Assembly: GCA_022844165.1 (NCBI GenBank)
Contig: JALHMH010000002.1
Span: 192,001-256,000 of the forward strand
Direction: 5' to 3'
Length of the DNA: 64,000 nucleotides
Source of the DNA: Lysobacterales bacterium
GTDB lineage: Bacteria; Pseudomonadota; Gammaproteobacteria; Xanthomonadales; SZUA-5
Under the pieces are notes generated by a model. That model was not told where the DNA came from, ran no database searches, and worked only from the letters and a program-made list of their open reading frames with translations. Each line of letters opens with the position of its first letter. Position 1 is the first letter of the stretch. This document shows positions 40,869 through 50,344 of this stretch, in pieces. A program made the translations under genes and the position numbers.

Positions 40869-41894
40869 ATGAACCTAACCCTCAACCACCTCAGCAAGAA
40901 CTTCGGCAACATCAAGGCCGTCGATGATGTGTCGCTGTCGGTACCGAGTGGCGAGCTGGTCGCGCTGCTGGGTCCCAGCGGTTCGGGCAAGACGACGCTG
41001 CTGCGCATCGTCGGTGGACTGGAGGCGGCTGACACTGGCCAGGTGCTGTATGCGGGCGAGGATACGACGCATTGGCCGATCCAGAAGCGGCGCGCCGGTT
41101 TCGTGTTTCAGAACTACGCATTGTTTCGCAATATGACGGTGTTCGAGAACATCGCCTTCGGAATGCGTGCACTGCCGCGCAAACAGCGACTGAAAGCTGT
41201 CGAATTGAAGCGCCGCGTCGCGGAACTGCTGTATCTGATTCGCCTGCCGGATCTGGCGGAGCGTTTTCCAGCACAACTATCGGGTGGGCAACAACAGCGC
41301 GTTGCTTTGGCGCGCGCGCTTGCGATCGAACCACGTTTGCTGCTGCTCGACGAACCTTTCGGCGCGCTGGACGCGCAGGTGCGCAAAGAACTGCGCCGTT
41401 GGGTGCGCCAGGTGCACGATCAAACCGGGTTAACTTCCTTATTTGTCACGCACGATCAAGATGAGGCGCTGGAACTCGCGGATCGTGTGGTGGTGATGCG
41501 CGACGGGCACATTGAGCAGATCGGCACACCCGACGAGATCTTCGAATCGCCGGCAACGCGTTTCGTGCACGAGTTCGTCGGCGAGAGTTGTGCGTTACCG
41601 GTCGACGTGCGTGCTGGCCGCGTCAGCTATGCAGGGCAACAGCTCGACATCGAAGCGCCACTGGCCGATGGTCCGGCACATTTGCTGTTGCGCCCACAGT
41701 ACCTCGCACCAGCGGAAACGGGCATCGTCGTGCGCATTGATGCCGCACGCCGAGTCGGCCCGCGGCGACGCCTGGAGGCGGTGACCGGCGCCGGCGATCG
41801 GCTGGAATTCGAGGTCGATAGCGATATTGACGCGGGTCGTGGCCAGACACTGCATGTGCGGCCTACGAAGTGGCGGCTGTATTCGATCCATTGA
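40869..41894 (+). CDS. cysA: Sulfate ABC ATPase CysA
   Basis: GPSGSGKT, LSGGQQQR and LLDEPFGALDAQVRKELR. Confidence 0.95.
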   Translation: MNLTLNHLSKNFGNIKAVDDVSLSVPSGELVALLGPSGSGKTTLLRIVGGLEAADTGQVLYAGEDTTHWPIQKRRAGFVFQNYALFRNMTVFENIAFGMRALPRKQRLKAVELKRRVAELLYLIRLPDLAERFPAQLSGGQQQRVALARALAIEPRLLLLDEPFGALDAQVRKELRRWVRQVHDQTGLTSLFVTHDQDEALELADRVVVMRDGHIEQIGTPDEIFESPATRFVHEFVGESCALPVDVRAGRVSYAGQQLDIEAPLADGPAHLLLRPQYLAPAETGIVVRIDAARRVGPRRRLEAVTGAGDRLEFEVDSDIDAGRGQTLHVRPTKWRLYSIH

Positions 41895-41999
41895 GCTGTG
41901 CGGTCTGCGGTAGTCTGGTGTGTCGCAAGTACCCTGAACTCAGTCCCGATGCCTTTGGCCCTGGACCAGTCGAGGAGTCATAGTAGCGCTATGGCGCCG

Positions 42000-42962
42000 T
42001 CAAGGACTCTGGTCGGGGACCCGTCGTGCCGCCCTGACAGGTGTCGTCTCTGTCGCCTGAAATTGCTTGCCCAGATCCGCAGCAGCGGTCGCCGGGTCGC
42101 CGTGTGTCGGGTCGAGCCAGGTCACTGTGGTGTCGCCGCGCAGCCACGTCAGTTGTCGCTTCGCCAACTGGCGCGTCGCATACAGCGCACGTTGGAAGCA
42201 CTGGTCTGCATCGAACTCTCCCTCCAGATGTAACCACACCTGGCGATAGCCAACGCTGCGCATCGACGGCAGATCGGCATGCATACCGGGTTGTTGCATC
42301 AGCACCCGAACTTCGTCGACGAAGCCGCTGGCGAACATCGTGCGCAGCCGCGTCTCGATACGCTGGTGCAGGAGGCCCCGATCGGCGGGCGCCACGGCGA
42401 TGATTCGCAGCGACAAACCGGCATCGGCCGAGCCCAACTGCGCACTCAACGGTCTGCCGGTGCTGCGAAAGACTTCGAGTGCGCGCAGTGTGCGTTGCTT
42501 GTCGTTGGGATGTATGCGGGCAGCGCTAACCGGGTCGACGCTCGCCAATTCTGCATGCAGCGCTGCCAGGCCAGCGTCCTGCAGCTGAATTTGCAAGGCC
42601 GCGCGCACCTGCGCATCGGCGCCGGGCAAAGTGGACAAGCCATCGCGCAGTGCGCGCAGGTACAACATGGTGCCGCCGACCAGAATCGGTATCTTGCCGC
42701 GCGCCTGAATGTCGGCGATCGCTGACCGGGCGTTGGTGGCGAAGTCGGCGGCCGAATAGGGCTGTGTCGGTTCACGGATATCGATCAGCCAGTGCCGTAC
42801 GCGGCTTCGTTCTTCGGGTGATGGTTTCGCACTGCCAATGTCGAGACCGCGATACACCTGGGCCGAATCAACGCTGACGATTTCTCCGTTCAAACGCTCT
42901 GCGAGGGACAGACCTAGCGCGCTTTTGCCCGCAGCGGTGGGGCCAGCGATGGCGAGGATCAT
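42000..42962 (-). CDS. miaA: tRNA dimethylallyltransferase
   Basis: GPTAAGKS, DSAQVYRG, VGGTMLY and TRQLAKRQLTW. Confidence 0.96.
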   Translation of the reverse strand: MILAIAGPTAAGKSALGLSLAERLNGEIVSVDSAQVYRGLDIGSAKPSPEERSRVRHWLIDIREPTQPYSAADFATNARSAIADIQARGKIPILVGGTMLYLRALRDGLSTLPGADAQVRAALQIQLQDAGLAALHAELASVDPVSAARIHPNDKQRTLRALEVFRSTGRPLSAQLGSADAGLSLRIIAVAPADRGLLHQRIETRLRTMFASGFVDEVRVLMQQPGMHADLPSMRSVGYRQVWLHLEGEFDADQCFQRALYATRQLAKRQLTWLRGDTTVTWLDPTHGDPATAAADLGKQFQATETTPVRAARRVPDQSP

Positions 42963-44221
42963 GCCCCTCTCCGGGCGCGCTGCATGGCAAGAAAACTGAA
43001 TGCGCCGATCACATTCAAGATGAGCGGCAGCAACAATGCAAAGTACCCGCTACCACTGTGCGCGACTTCGAGCCCGCGATACAACAGCACACCCACAACG
43101 GGTGCGAGCAGGCCGCGGATGCCGGTCAGTGTGGTGTGCACGCCCATATACAGCGCGGCTTGTTCGGGACGCGAAAAGTCGTTGTGTCCGAGGTTCCAAC
43201 CGAGTTGGCCGCCGGCGTAGCCAGCACCCAGCAGCAATGCACCCATCGCCATCAGCCAGACGCTGGACAGCATCGCGCCGAGAAAAAATACGGCACTGGT
43301 GGCGACGAAACTCCAGGCATGTACGACGCGAAACTCCACAATGTGCACACGGTCGAAAAATCGGGCCCAGGCACCAACAGCGAAGGGCAACATCAGCAGT
43401 GGCACAGTTGACACCAGCGCAACCTGCCACAAGGCCGGCAAAACCAATCGTTCGGCGGCTACTAGCAGCACCAGCGCCGGCAGCATTAAATTGCCACTGC
43501 CGAACACGAACATACTGCGCATGTACGCCCGGTAAGTTGGATCGGAGGCAAGGACGCGACGAAACGCGGCGATGCCTGGCTTAAGTTCGCCTTCCGAGCG
43601 CAGCGCCGCCTCTCGCTGACGCAATAATCCGTGGCCGCGCAGTCGGATGATGCGGTACCGCCATGCGCCGAAAATGCCGATCACGCCAGCGACAGAGAAT
43701 AACCACGGCAGAGCATCCGGCGCGCGCTCGAGCATCCAGCCGACCGCGAAGGCCATGGTGGCCATGACAATGGCGTTGAGCGCGGCAAGTTTCGACGCCA
43801 GACGCGCCCGTGCCGTACTCGGAAAATTATTGCGCCAAACCACCGCGCGTAAGGTGACGACGCCCACCCAGGCAACCCGCGCCAGAATGGTCAGCAGCAC
43901 AACGAACGCCAATCCGAGCGGCGTGCCGGGCGTGAAGGCCAGGAGCAACACTGAGAGCATTGCGACCATCTGCCAGATGACCGTCAACTGGATCTTGTCG
44001 CGGCCCAGCTGGTGTGCCGCAAACAAGAAGCTGGCAAGGTTTGCATAAGCACTTGCGCCCATCACCAGGGCGATTGCGATATCCAGTGCAATTGCGGGTG
44101 CCGCAACGGCGTACCTTGCTTTGATTAACGCAGCGATTGCCGCCCCTTCGACGACCCCCATGCCAACGCTCAGAAGCGCCCAGTTCAGGATCTCTTGGGG
44201 GTACTGGCGGCGCGGCGGCAC
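42959..44221 (-). CDS. MFS-like membrane transporter
   Basis: About 12 hydrophobic segments. Its stop overlaps the miaA start. Confidence 0.75.
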   Translation of the reverse strand: MPPRRQYPQEILNWALLSVGMGVVEGAAIAALIKARYAVAAPAIALDIAIALVMGASAYANLASFLFAAHQLGRDKIQLTVIWQMVAMLSVLLLAFTPGTPLGLAFVVLLTILARVAWVGVVTLRAVVWRNNFPSTARARLASKLAALNAIVMATMAFAVGWMLERAPDALPWLFSVAGVIGIFGAWRYRIIRLRGHGLLRQREAALRSEGELKPGIAAFRRVLASDPTYRAYMRSMFVFGSGNLMLPALVLLVAAERLVLPALWQVALVSTVPLLMLPFAVGAWARFFDRVHIVEFRVVHAWSFVATSAVFFLGAMLSSVWLMAMGALLLGAGYAGGQLGWNLGHNDFSRPEQAALYMGVHTTLTGIRGLLAPVVGVLLYRGLEVAHSGSGYFALLLPLILNVIGAFSFLAMQRARRGA

Positions 44222-44242
44222 GTTGGCTTTCAGAAATAGATC

Positions 44243-44290
44243 CTGGCGAGGCTTCGTCTCAGTGTACAGATCCGGCTCCGGTCAAGGACT
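44243..44290 (-). repeat. Dispersed repeat, minimal ends-only copy (48 bp)
   Basis: The reverse complement is AGTCCTTGACCGGAGCCGGATCT-gtaca-CTGAGACGAAGCCTCGCCAG, i.e. the two termini joined. Confidence 0.8.
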
Positions 44291-44295
44291 CCAGC

Positions 44296-46581
44296 TCATC
44301 CCGCGCCGCCAACGCTGCGTAACGTCGCATGCCGCACGCCTTTGCCTTCGAGCAGAGGCAGGCAGTTTTCAGCCGTGATCGCGCGCGAAAACCAAAAACC
44401 TTGGATCTCATCGATCCCCAGATTATTCAAAAACCGCGCTTGCGGCTCGGTCTCAACGCCCTCCGCCACCACGCACAGACCGAGCGTCCGCGCCATTCCG
44501 AAAATCGTCTCGATGATCACGCCCGAATCGCTATCGCCGGGCAGATCGGCTACGAAGGCCTTGTCAACCTTGAGAATGTCGATGGGCAGGCGTCGCAAGT
44601 GCGAGAGCGAAGAATAACCGGTACCAAAATCATCGATCGCAATGCGCAGTCCAAGACGATGCAATTCGTCGAGCTGCGCGATGGCCGAGTCGGGGTCGTC
44701 CATCAACTCACTCTCGGTAATTTCGATCTCGAGTGCATCGCCGCGTACGCCCATTTCGTTGAGCAAGATGGCGATGAATTGCTGCAAAGTTCCATCCCGG
44801 ATCTGGCGTTGGGAGACGTTAACGGATACCGAGACGTCCCGGTGTCCTCGCGCACGCCATTCGCGAACTTGCGCCAAAGCCTCGCTCAATACCCAGCGAC
44901 CCACCGGAACCACGAGGCCGGTCTCTTCGAGAATGCCGATAAACTCATCGGGACTGACCAGGCCACGCTCCGGGTGGCGCCAGCGCAGCAGTGCTTCGAA
45001 TCCGGTGATGCGTTGTTTGGCGAGCGAAAAGCGAGGTTGATAAAGTAACAAAAACTCGTTCCGTTCAACCGCCAGGCGAACGCGACGTTCCAACTCCAGG
45101 CGATCGCGAATGGCCTGATTGCGGGCGGGGGAGTAGATGCGGAACGTGTTTCGCCCTTCGCCCTTTGCCTCGTACATCGCCGAATCGGCGGCATTCACCA
45201 GATGCCGCGCGTCCCAGCCGTGCTCCGGCCAAAGGCTGATGCCAATGCTTGGTGTGATCGCGATTTGCCGCCCACGCAGTGGAAACGGCTCGCCGAACGC
45301 AGAGATCAGGAATTGCGCGTACCAGATCAAAGTCTCCAGATCTCGCGCTGCGATCGGAGCGATGGCGAATTCATCGCTACCCAGGCGTGCCAGCAGGTCG
45401 CCAGAGGACAAACACGCTTCGAGACGCAAGGCGACTGCCTGCAAAAGCTCGTCGCCGGCGTCGTGACCAAGGGTCTCGTTCACGTGCTTGAGCCGATCGA
45501 GGTCGATTTCGAGCACGCCCAGGACACCATCGCTGGGAGTGCTTTTCTCCAGCAGCTGGTCCAACTGCTGCATAAAGTGATTGCGCGAAGACACGCCGGT
45601 GAGGCCGTCGTGGCTGGCCAAACGTTGGAGCCGACGTTCATCGTGTCGGCGTTCGGTGATGTCGGCGAGCACCGAAACGTACAAGCGCTCACCGTTCTGA
45701 TCGAGTTCCACACGATTGGTGCGCAGGGCCAATAAGCGCTCCTCGCCGTTCTTGCGCCGCTGCCAGATCTCGCCCTGCCATTGTCCGGTCTGTTCCAGCG
45801 TATTGCGCAGGCGGCGATAGAAATCCGGGTCGTGCCGATCCGAATTCATCAGCGCGCTGGATTGACCGAGAATTTCGTCGACCTTAAATCCGCTGATCGC
45901 TTCGAACGACGGATTGATCATGACAAACTCATGGCTGGCGTTGGTCACCGCCACAGCTTCTTGCATCGACTCGATCACTTCCTCGGCGATACGGCTCAAT
46001 CGCTGCGCGTTGCGCATGCTGCTGATATCGCGAAACGTGCCGGCAACACGCAGCGCGCGACCGTCAGTGCTGCGTTCCACTGTTGCGCCGCGCACGGCGA
46101 CGAAGCGCATACGCTCGCCCGCATCGAGCATGCGGAATTCGACTTCGAAATAACGGTCTTTGCCCGATAAATGGCGCGCCAGCGCGGTTTCGAACTTTTG
46201 TACGTCGTCGCGGTGGATGCGGTGCTTGAACTCAATACTGGTGAAGGTGCGCTCGACGACCAGTCCCTGGTCCATATCCACCGCAGAGCGATAGATGACA
46301 TCGCGCGACAGGTCGAAATCCCAATAGCCATCGTGACTTGCGCCCAAGGCGAGCTTAAGTCGCTCATCGCGCTCCTTCACCGCTGCCTGGGCTTTCGCCA
46401 ACTCGCGAACGCGGTTGCGGTATCGCAAAATCATCAGCGCCGCGAAAGCAATGATCAGCAGATCGATCGGCCAATGCGGCAAGGATGATTCCGCGGCGTG
46501 CGCGACTGTCGGAATAAGAAGTCCGAAACCTGCGATACGGTGTTTTGAGTGTAATACGAGCATCGCCGTCGACGATATCAC
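44296..46581 (-). CDS. PAS-PAS-GGDEF-EAL c-di-GMP enzyme
   Basis: N-terminal TM segment, two PAS domains, RLGSDEF, EALLRW and DDFGTGYSSL. Confidence 0.93.
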   Translation of the reverse strand: MISSTAMLVLHSKHRIAGFGLLIPTVAHAAESSLPHWPIDLLIIAFAALMILRYRNRVRELAKAQAAVKERDERLKLALGASHDGYWDFDLSRDVIYRSAVDMDQGLVVERTFTSIEFKHRIHRDDVQKFETALARHLSGKDRYFEVEFRMLDAGERMRFVAVRGATVERSTDGRALRVAGTFRDISSMRNAQRLSRIAEEVIESMQEAVAVTNASHEFVMINPSFEAISGFKVDEILGQSSALMNSDRHDPDFYRRLRNTLEQTGQWQGEIWQRRKNGEERLLALRTNRVELDQNGERLYVSVLADITERRHDERRLQRLASHDGLTGVSSRNHFMQQLDQLLEKSTPSDGVLGVLEIDLDRLKHVNETLGHDAGDELLQAVALRLEACLSSGDLLARLGSDEFAIAPIAARDLETLIWYAQFLISAFGEPFPLRGRQIAITPSIGISLWPEHGWDARHLVNAADSAMYEAKGEGRNTFRIYSPARNQAIRDRLELERRVRLAVERNEFLLLYQPRFSLAKQRITGFEALLRWRHPERGLVSPDEFIGILEETGLVVPVGRWVLSEALAQVREWRARGHRDVSVSVNVSQRQIRDGTLQQFIAILLNEMGVRGDALEIEITESELMDDPDSAIAQLDELHRLGLRIAIDDFGTGYSSLSHLRRLPIDILKVDKAFVADLPGDSDSGVIIETIFGMARTLGLCVVAEGVETEPQARFLNNLGIDEIQGFWFSRAITAENCLPLLEGKGVRHATLRSVGGAG

Positions 46582-46667
46582 GACAACCGCACGCGTTCGC
46601 TGATGGCGGTCCGCCCGATGGAGCGCCCAGGTCCCGATGCAACGCGAAGAAGCAAGATGTTGGGTCG

Positions 46668-47609
46668 TCAGACCGCCCGTGCCATACCCAGCAGACGTTG
46701 TGGAAGCAGGCGGATACGTTGCAGAAGGTTGCCGGCCAACCAGGACGGAATCTGCGCGTCTGTTCGCGGCGCCACGAAGTAACGTCTTGCGGCTGCCGGG
46801 TTCTGTTTAAGCTGCCAATAGCGACCCACTGCGGCATCGACGCTCAGACGACAAGAGCCCATGCGCAGTGGTTTGAGCAACAACCGAAAGACCTGGCCTT
46901 CGTTGATCAGGTCGATTGCGACCTGCGCGTTGGCGCGATCGGTGACGACCACGGTGGCGATATGCGGATGGTATTGCTTGAGCGATTTAATCAGCGCCGT
47001 AAAATCGCCGTGTTGTCCGGCAGTTTCGGAAATGACGACACCGGTCTCGTGCTGCTCCAGAACCGTCAGCGCACGATCGGGTGAAGTCACGAAGCGTACC
47101 TGATAATGCGGTTGCAGGATCTCACGCATGCGTTGCTGCGTATCAGGATCGTCCTCGATGACCAACACACCGACTTGCTTGCGGGCCGTCTCGCGATCGA
47201 ATTCGTCGACGACCTTGTCCTGCAGCACCGGCGCGTCGCGTGCGATTCGTGCTGCCAACTGCACGGTCTCGCGAAGCTCCGTGTTGTCCCACGGTTTGCT
47301 GATATAGCGGAAGACCTCGCCATCGTTGACCGAGCCGAGCACCGCATTCAGATCGGCGTAGCCGGTCAGGAGGATGCGCATTGCTCGCGGATGTGCGATT
47401 TTGATTTCGCGCAGCACCTCGATACCCTGCATCTTGGGCATGCGTTGATCACAGACGACGACATCAACATCCGATTGCGATGCCCACGCGATCGCTTCCG
47501 CCGGATCGGTCGTGGTATGCACGTTCATATCGCGAAACAAGGCCTTCAAAGCCCGCAGGATGCGCGCCTCGTCGTCGATACAAAGTACTCGAATCTGCGA
47601 TGTCGACAT
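46668..47609 (-). CDS. Response regulator with two receiver domains
   Basis: REC1 has IDDE...VVCDQRMP...KPW. REC2 has IEDD...VVISET...LKPL. Confidence 0.9.
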   Translation of the reverse strand: MSTSQIRVLCIDDEARILRALKALFRDMNVHTTTDPAEAIAWASQSDVDVVVCDQRMPKMQGIEVLREIKIAHPRAMRILLTGYADLNAVLGSVNDGEVFRYISKPWDNTELRETVQLAARIARDAPVLQDKVVDEFDRETARKQVGVLVIEDDPDTQQRMREILQPHYQVRFVTSPDRALTVLEQHETGVVISETAGQHGDFTALIKSLKQYHPHIATVVVTDRANAQVAIDLINEGQVFRLLLKPLRMGSCRLSVDAAVGRYWQLKQNPAAARRYFVAPRTDAQIPSWLAGNLLQRIRLLPQRLLGMARAV

Positions 47610-47615
47610 GATTTC

Positions 47616-48581
47616 CTACGCCGGCTGCCGAAGCAACGCGTGGTCTAATGGGAAACTAACCGTAAACGTGCTGCCTTTCTTAGGTGCAGTTCGCACCTTG
47701 ATGCTGCCGCCGTGGGTCTGCACGATCTTGTGGACAATCGACAGACCCAACCCGGTGCCTTCGCCAACTGGCTTGGTCGTAAAGAACGGATCGAAAATCC
47801 TCGGAAGGACATCGTCGGGGATTCCCGCCCCGGTATCTGTGATCTCCACCTCAACCATGTCCCCGGAACGCCGTGATGCCACCAATAAAGTCCCTTCATC
47901 ACCCATCGCTTGCGACGCATTGGTAATCAAGTTGAGTAGAACCTGATTGACTTGAGATGCCACGCCGCGAATCTTCGGAATCACGCCGAGATCGCGTTTA
48001 ACTTCGATCCGATCGCGCAATTGATGGGCTGCAATCATCAATGCACTTTCGACGCTTTCGTTCAGGTCGAACAAATCCATGCCGTCCCGATCGACACGCG
48101 CAAAGCCCTTTAAATTGCGCACCAGATTGGCGATCTGCGTCAGGCCATCGGCCGAGTCGGTGAGCAGTTCGCTCGCGTCGGACAGGCGCGAATCGCCGGC
48201 AAGTGTGTCCCGGACTTTAGTCAAAGCGCGCCGCAGGGGTTCCACGGTTTGCGGCCTGGTCAAATCCGCCGACAGCATCATGTCGAAGCCCTGCAAGCAC
48301 TTTTCCACCAACGTGCGGTACTCGCCAACGAGGTCTCGCACGACTTCGACATTGCTTTTGACAAAGCCGATGGGCGTATTCATTTCATGTGCGACGCCAG
48401 CAATCATCTGGCCCAGTGACGCGAGTTTGGTCGTATGGATGACTTGCGATTGTGTGGCTTGAACCTTCTCTAACTCGGCGCTGATCTCTGCAGCCCGCGC
48501 GCGCATCCTGCCCAACTGCCAATGCGCGTAACCGGCATACGCCGCGAGGACCAGAGCAATCACGATGAGCAGTTCGAACAT
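47616..48581 (-). CDS. Histidine kinase (NtrB-like) without a sensor domain
   Basis: Single TM segment, AHEMNTP, NLITNA, DTGAGI, FFTTKPVGEGTGLGL. Alternative start at 48608. Confidence 0.92.
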   Translation of the reverse strand: MFELLIVIALVLAAYAGYAHWQLGRMRARAAEISAELEKVQATQSQVIHTTKLASLGQMIAGVAHEMNTPIGFVKSNVEVVRDLVGEYRTLVEKCLQGFDMMLSADLTRPQTVEPLRRALTKVRDTLAGDSRLSDASELLTDSADGLTQIANLVRNLKGFARVDRDGMDLFDLNESVESALMIAAHQLRDRIEVKRDLGVIPKIRGVASQVNQVLLNLITNASQAMGDEGTLLVASRRSGDMVEVEITDTGAGIPDDVLPRIFDPFFTTKPVGEGTGLGLSIVHKIVQTHGGSIKVRTAPKKGSTFTVSFPLDHALLRQPA

Positions 48582-48897
48582 TCGATCCCCAATGATCCAT
48601 GCTGACATTCGTCAGCAAGGGCCGCACAGCGTCGCAGAATGACCCAAAAAGCACAACCCGCTATCGACCCACTGGTCTGGCCAAACAGGCGAACGGTCGA
48701 TTTCATGACCCGCACCGCTCATACCACAGGCAAATCGTTAATTCAGCATCGCCATCCTGCGGCACATCGGCGATGCTAAGGTGCGATGGGGCACACACTT
48801 GAAGGGAGCTAACGAATGCAAAAGGTGAATTCGTGCAACAAAGCGCCCATTTCTCGCATCGGCGTGGCGCCGTCGCCGCCATCGGGTGAGTGCACCG

Positions 48898-50283
48898 ATG
48901 AGTAGCGCTGGTCCTCGTTGGGCTCTGATTGCTGGCCCGCTCGCGGCCATTTGTGTGGGTCTGGTGGCGCATGCCAACGGCATGACGGCAGCATTTTCGT
49001 TGACCGCGGCGCTGACCGCCTGGATCGCATTCTGGTGGGTACTAGAGCCGATACCTGCTCCATATACCGCGCTGCTACCGCTGGCGCTATTGCCTATGTT
49101 CGGCATCCTTGATGCGAAGGGGGTGGCGGAGGCATATGGCAATGAGGTGATCTTGCTGCTCGCAGGCGGCTTCATGCTTTCGGCGGCTGTCGAAAACACA
49201 GGTGCCCATCGGCGCCTTGCGTTCTGGATGTTGCGCATCACCGGCGGCAGCAGTGGTCGGCGTGTGCTTTGGGGCTTCGTATTGGCCTCTGGATTGCTCA
49301 GCATGTGGATCTCGAACGCCGCTACCACGTTGCTGCTGATTCCGGTTGCGCTGGCTGTGGTCGAACGTTATCCAGATCCGCGCCTGTCCGCGCCGCTTTT
49401 GCTCGGCATCGCTTATGCCGCCAGCTTCGGTGGACTCGGCACGCCGATCGGTACGCCGCCAAATCTCATCTTTCGCCAGCAATACGAACAAACCACCGGC
49501 GTTGAGATTGGCTTTGTGGACTGGTTCGTCTGGGGGCTGCCGATCGTCGCGATCACTCTGCCGCTGATGGCGCTTTGGCTGGGGCGTTCGCTAAAGAACA
49601 CGCCGCCTGCGGAACTGCCGACCTTGGGCCCCATCAGTGTGGCCGAACGTCGCGTGTTGTTGATCTTCGGGATCGTCGCATGCCTTTGGGTATTTCGAAC
49701 CGATCCGTGGGGCGGCTGGCGGGCATGGTTCGACCTTCCCAAGGCATCGGATGCCAGCGTCGCGCTGCTCGGAGCGCTGGCGATGGGGCTGGTGCCCGAC
49801 GGCAAAGGCGGCAAACTTCTGGACTGGGGCAGCGCCGAACGCATCCCCTGGGGCACACTGATCCTGTTTGGCGGCGGTATTGCGCTGGCGAGTGCGTTTG
49901 GCACGAGCGGTTTGTCGGATTACATCGCCACACATCTGACCTTGCTCAAAGATCTTCCGCTGCCGCTTATGCTATTCGGACTGTGTCTCGGTGTAACGTT
50001 GCTCAGCGAAATCGCCAGTAACACGGCGACAGCAGCATTGTTGATGCCGCTACTTGCTGCGGCGGCCGCGGCCGCAAATGTGGATCCTCTGGTGTTCATG
50101 CTTCCGGCTGCGCTCGCCGCCAGCCTGGGTTTTATGCTTCCGGTGGCTACGGCACCCAACGCCATCGCCTACGCGACCGGCCACGTCGACAATCGGCGCA
50201 TGCTGCGCGAGGGTTGGCTGTTGGACATCCTTGGTGTCGCCGCCGTTTCCGCCGTGGTGTACACCGTTTTCGCGTGGAGGTAA
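48898..50283 (+). CDS. SLC13/DASS family sodium:anion symporter
   Basis: SMWISNAAT, GTPIGTPPN, SNTATAA and MLPVATAPNAI. Confidence 0.93.
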   Translation: MSSAGPRWALIAGPLAAICVGLVAHANGMTAAFSLTAALTAWIAFWWVLEPIPAPYTALLPLALLPMFGILDAKGVAEAYGNEVILLLAGGFMLSAAVENTGAHRRLAFWMLRITGGSSGRRVLWGFVLASGLLSMWISNAATTLLLIPVALAVVERYPDPRLSAPLLLGIAYAASFGGLGTPIGTPPNLIFRQQYEQTTGVEIGFVDWFVWGLPIVAITLPLMALWLGRSLKNTPPAELPTLGPISVAERRVLLIFGIVACLWVFRTDPWGGWRAWFDLPKASDASVALLGALAMGLVPDGKGGKLLDWGSAERIPWGTLILFGGGIALASAFGTSGLSDYIATHLTLLKDLPLPLMLFGLCLGVTLLSEIASNTATAALLMPLLAAAAAAANVDPLVFMLPAALAASLGFMLPVATAPNAIAYATGHVDNRRMLREGWLLDILGVAAVSAVVYTVFAWR

Positions 50284-50344
50284 CCGGCGAGGCTTTACCG
50301 GCATTGAGACCAATACTCGCTGCGCGATCAGGCAGAATTGGGCT

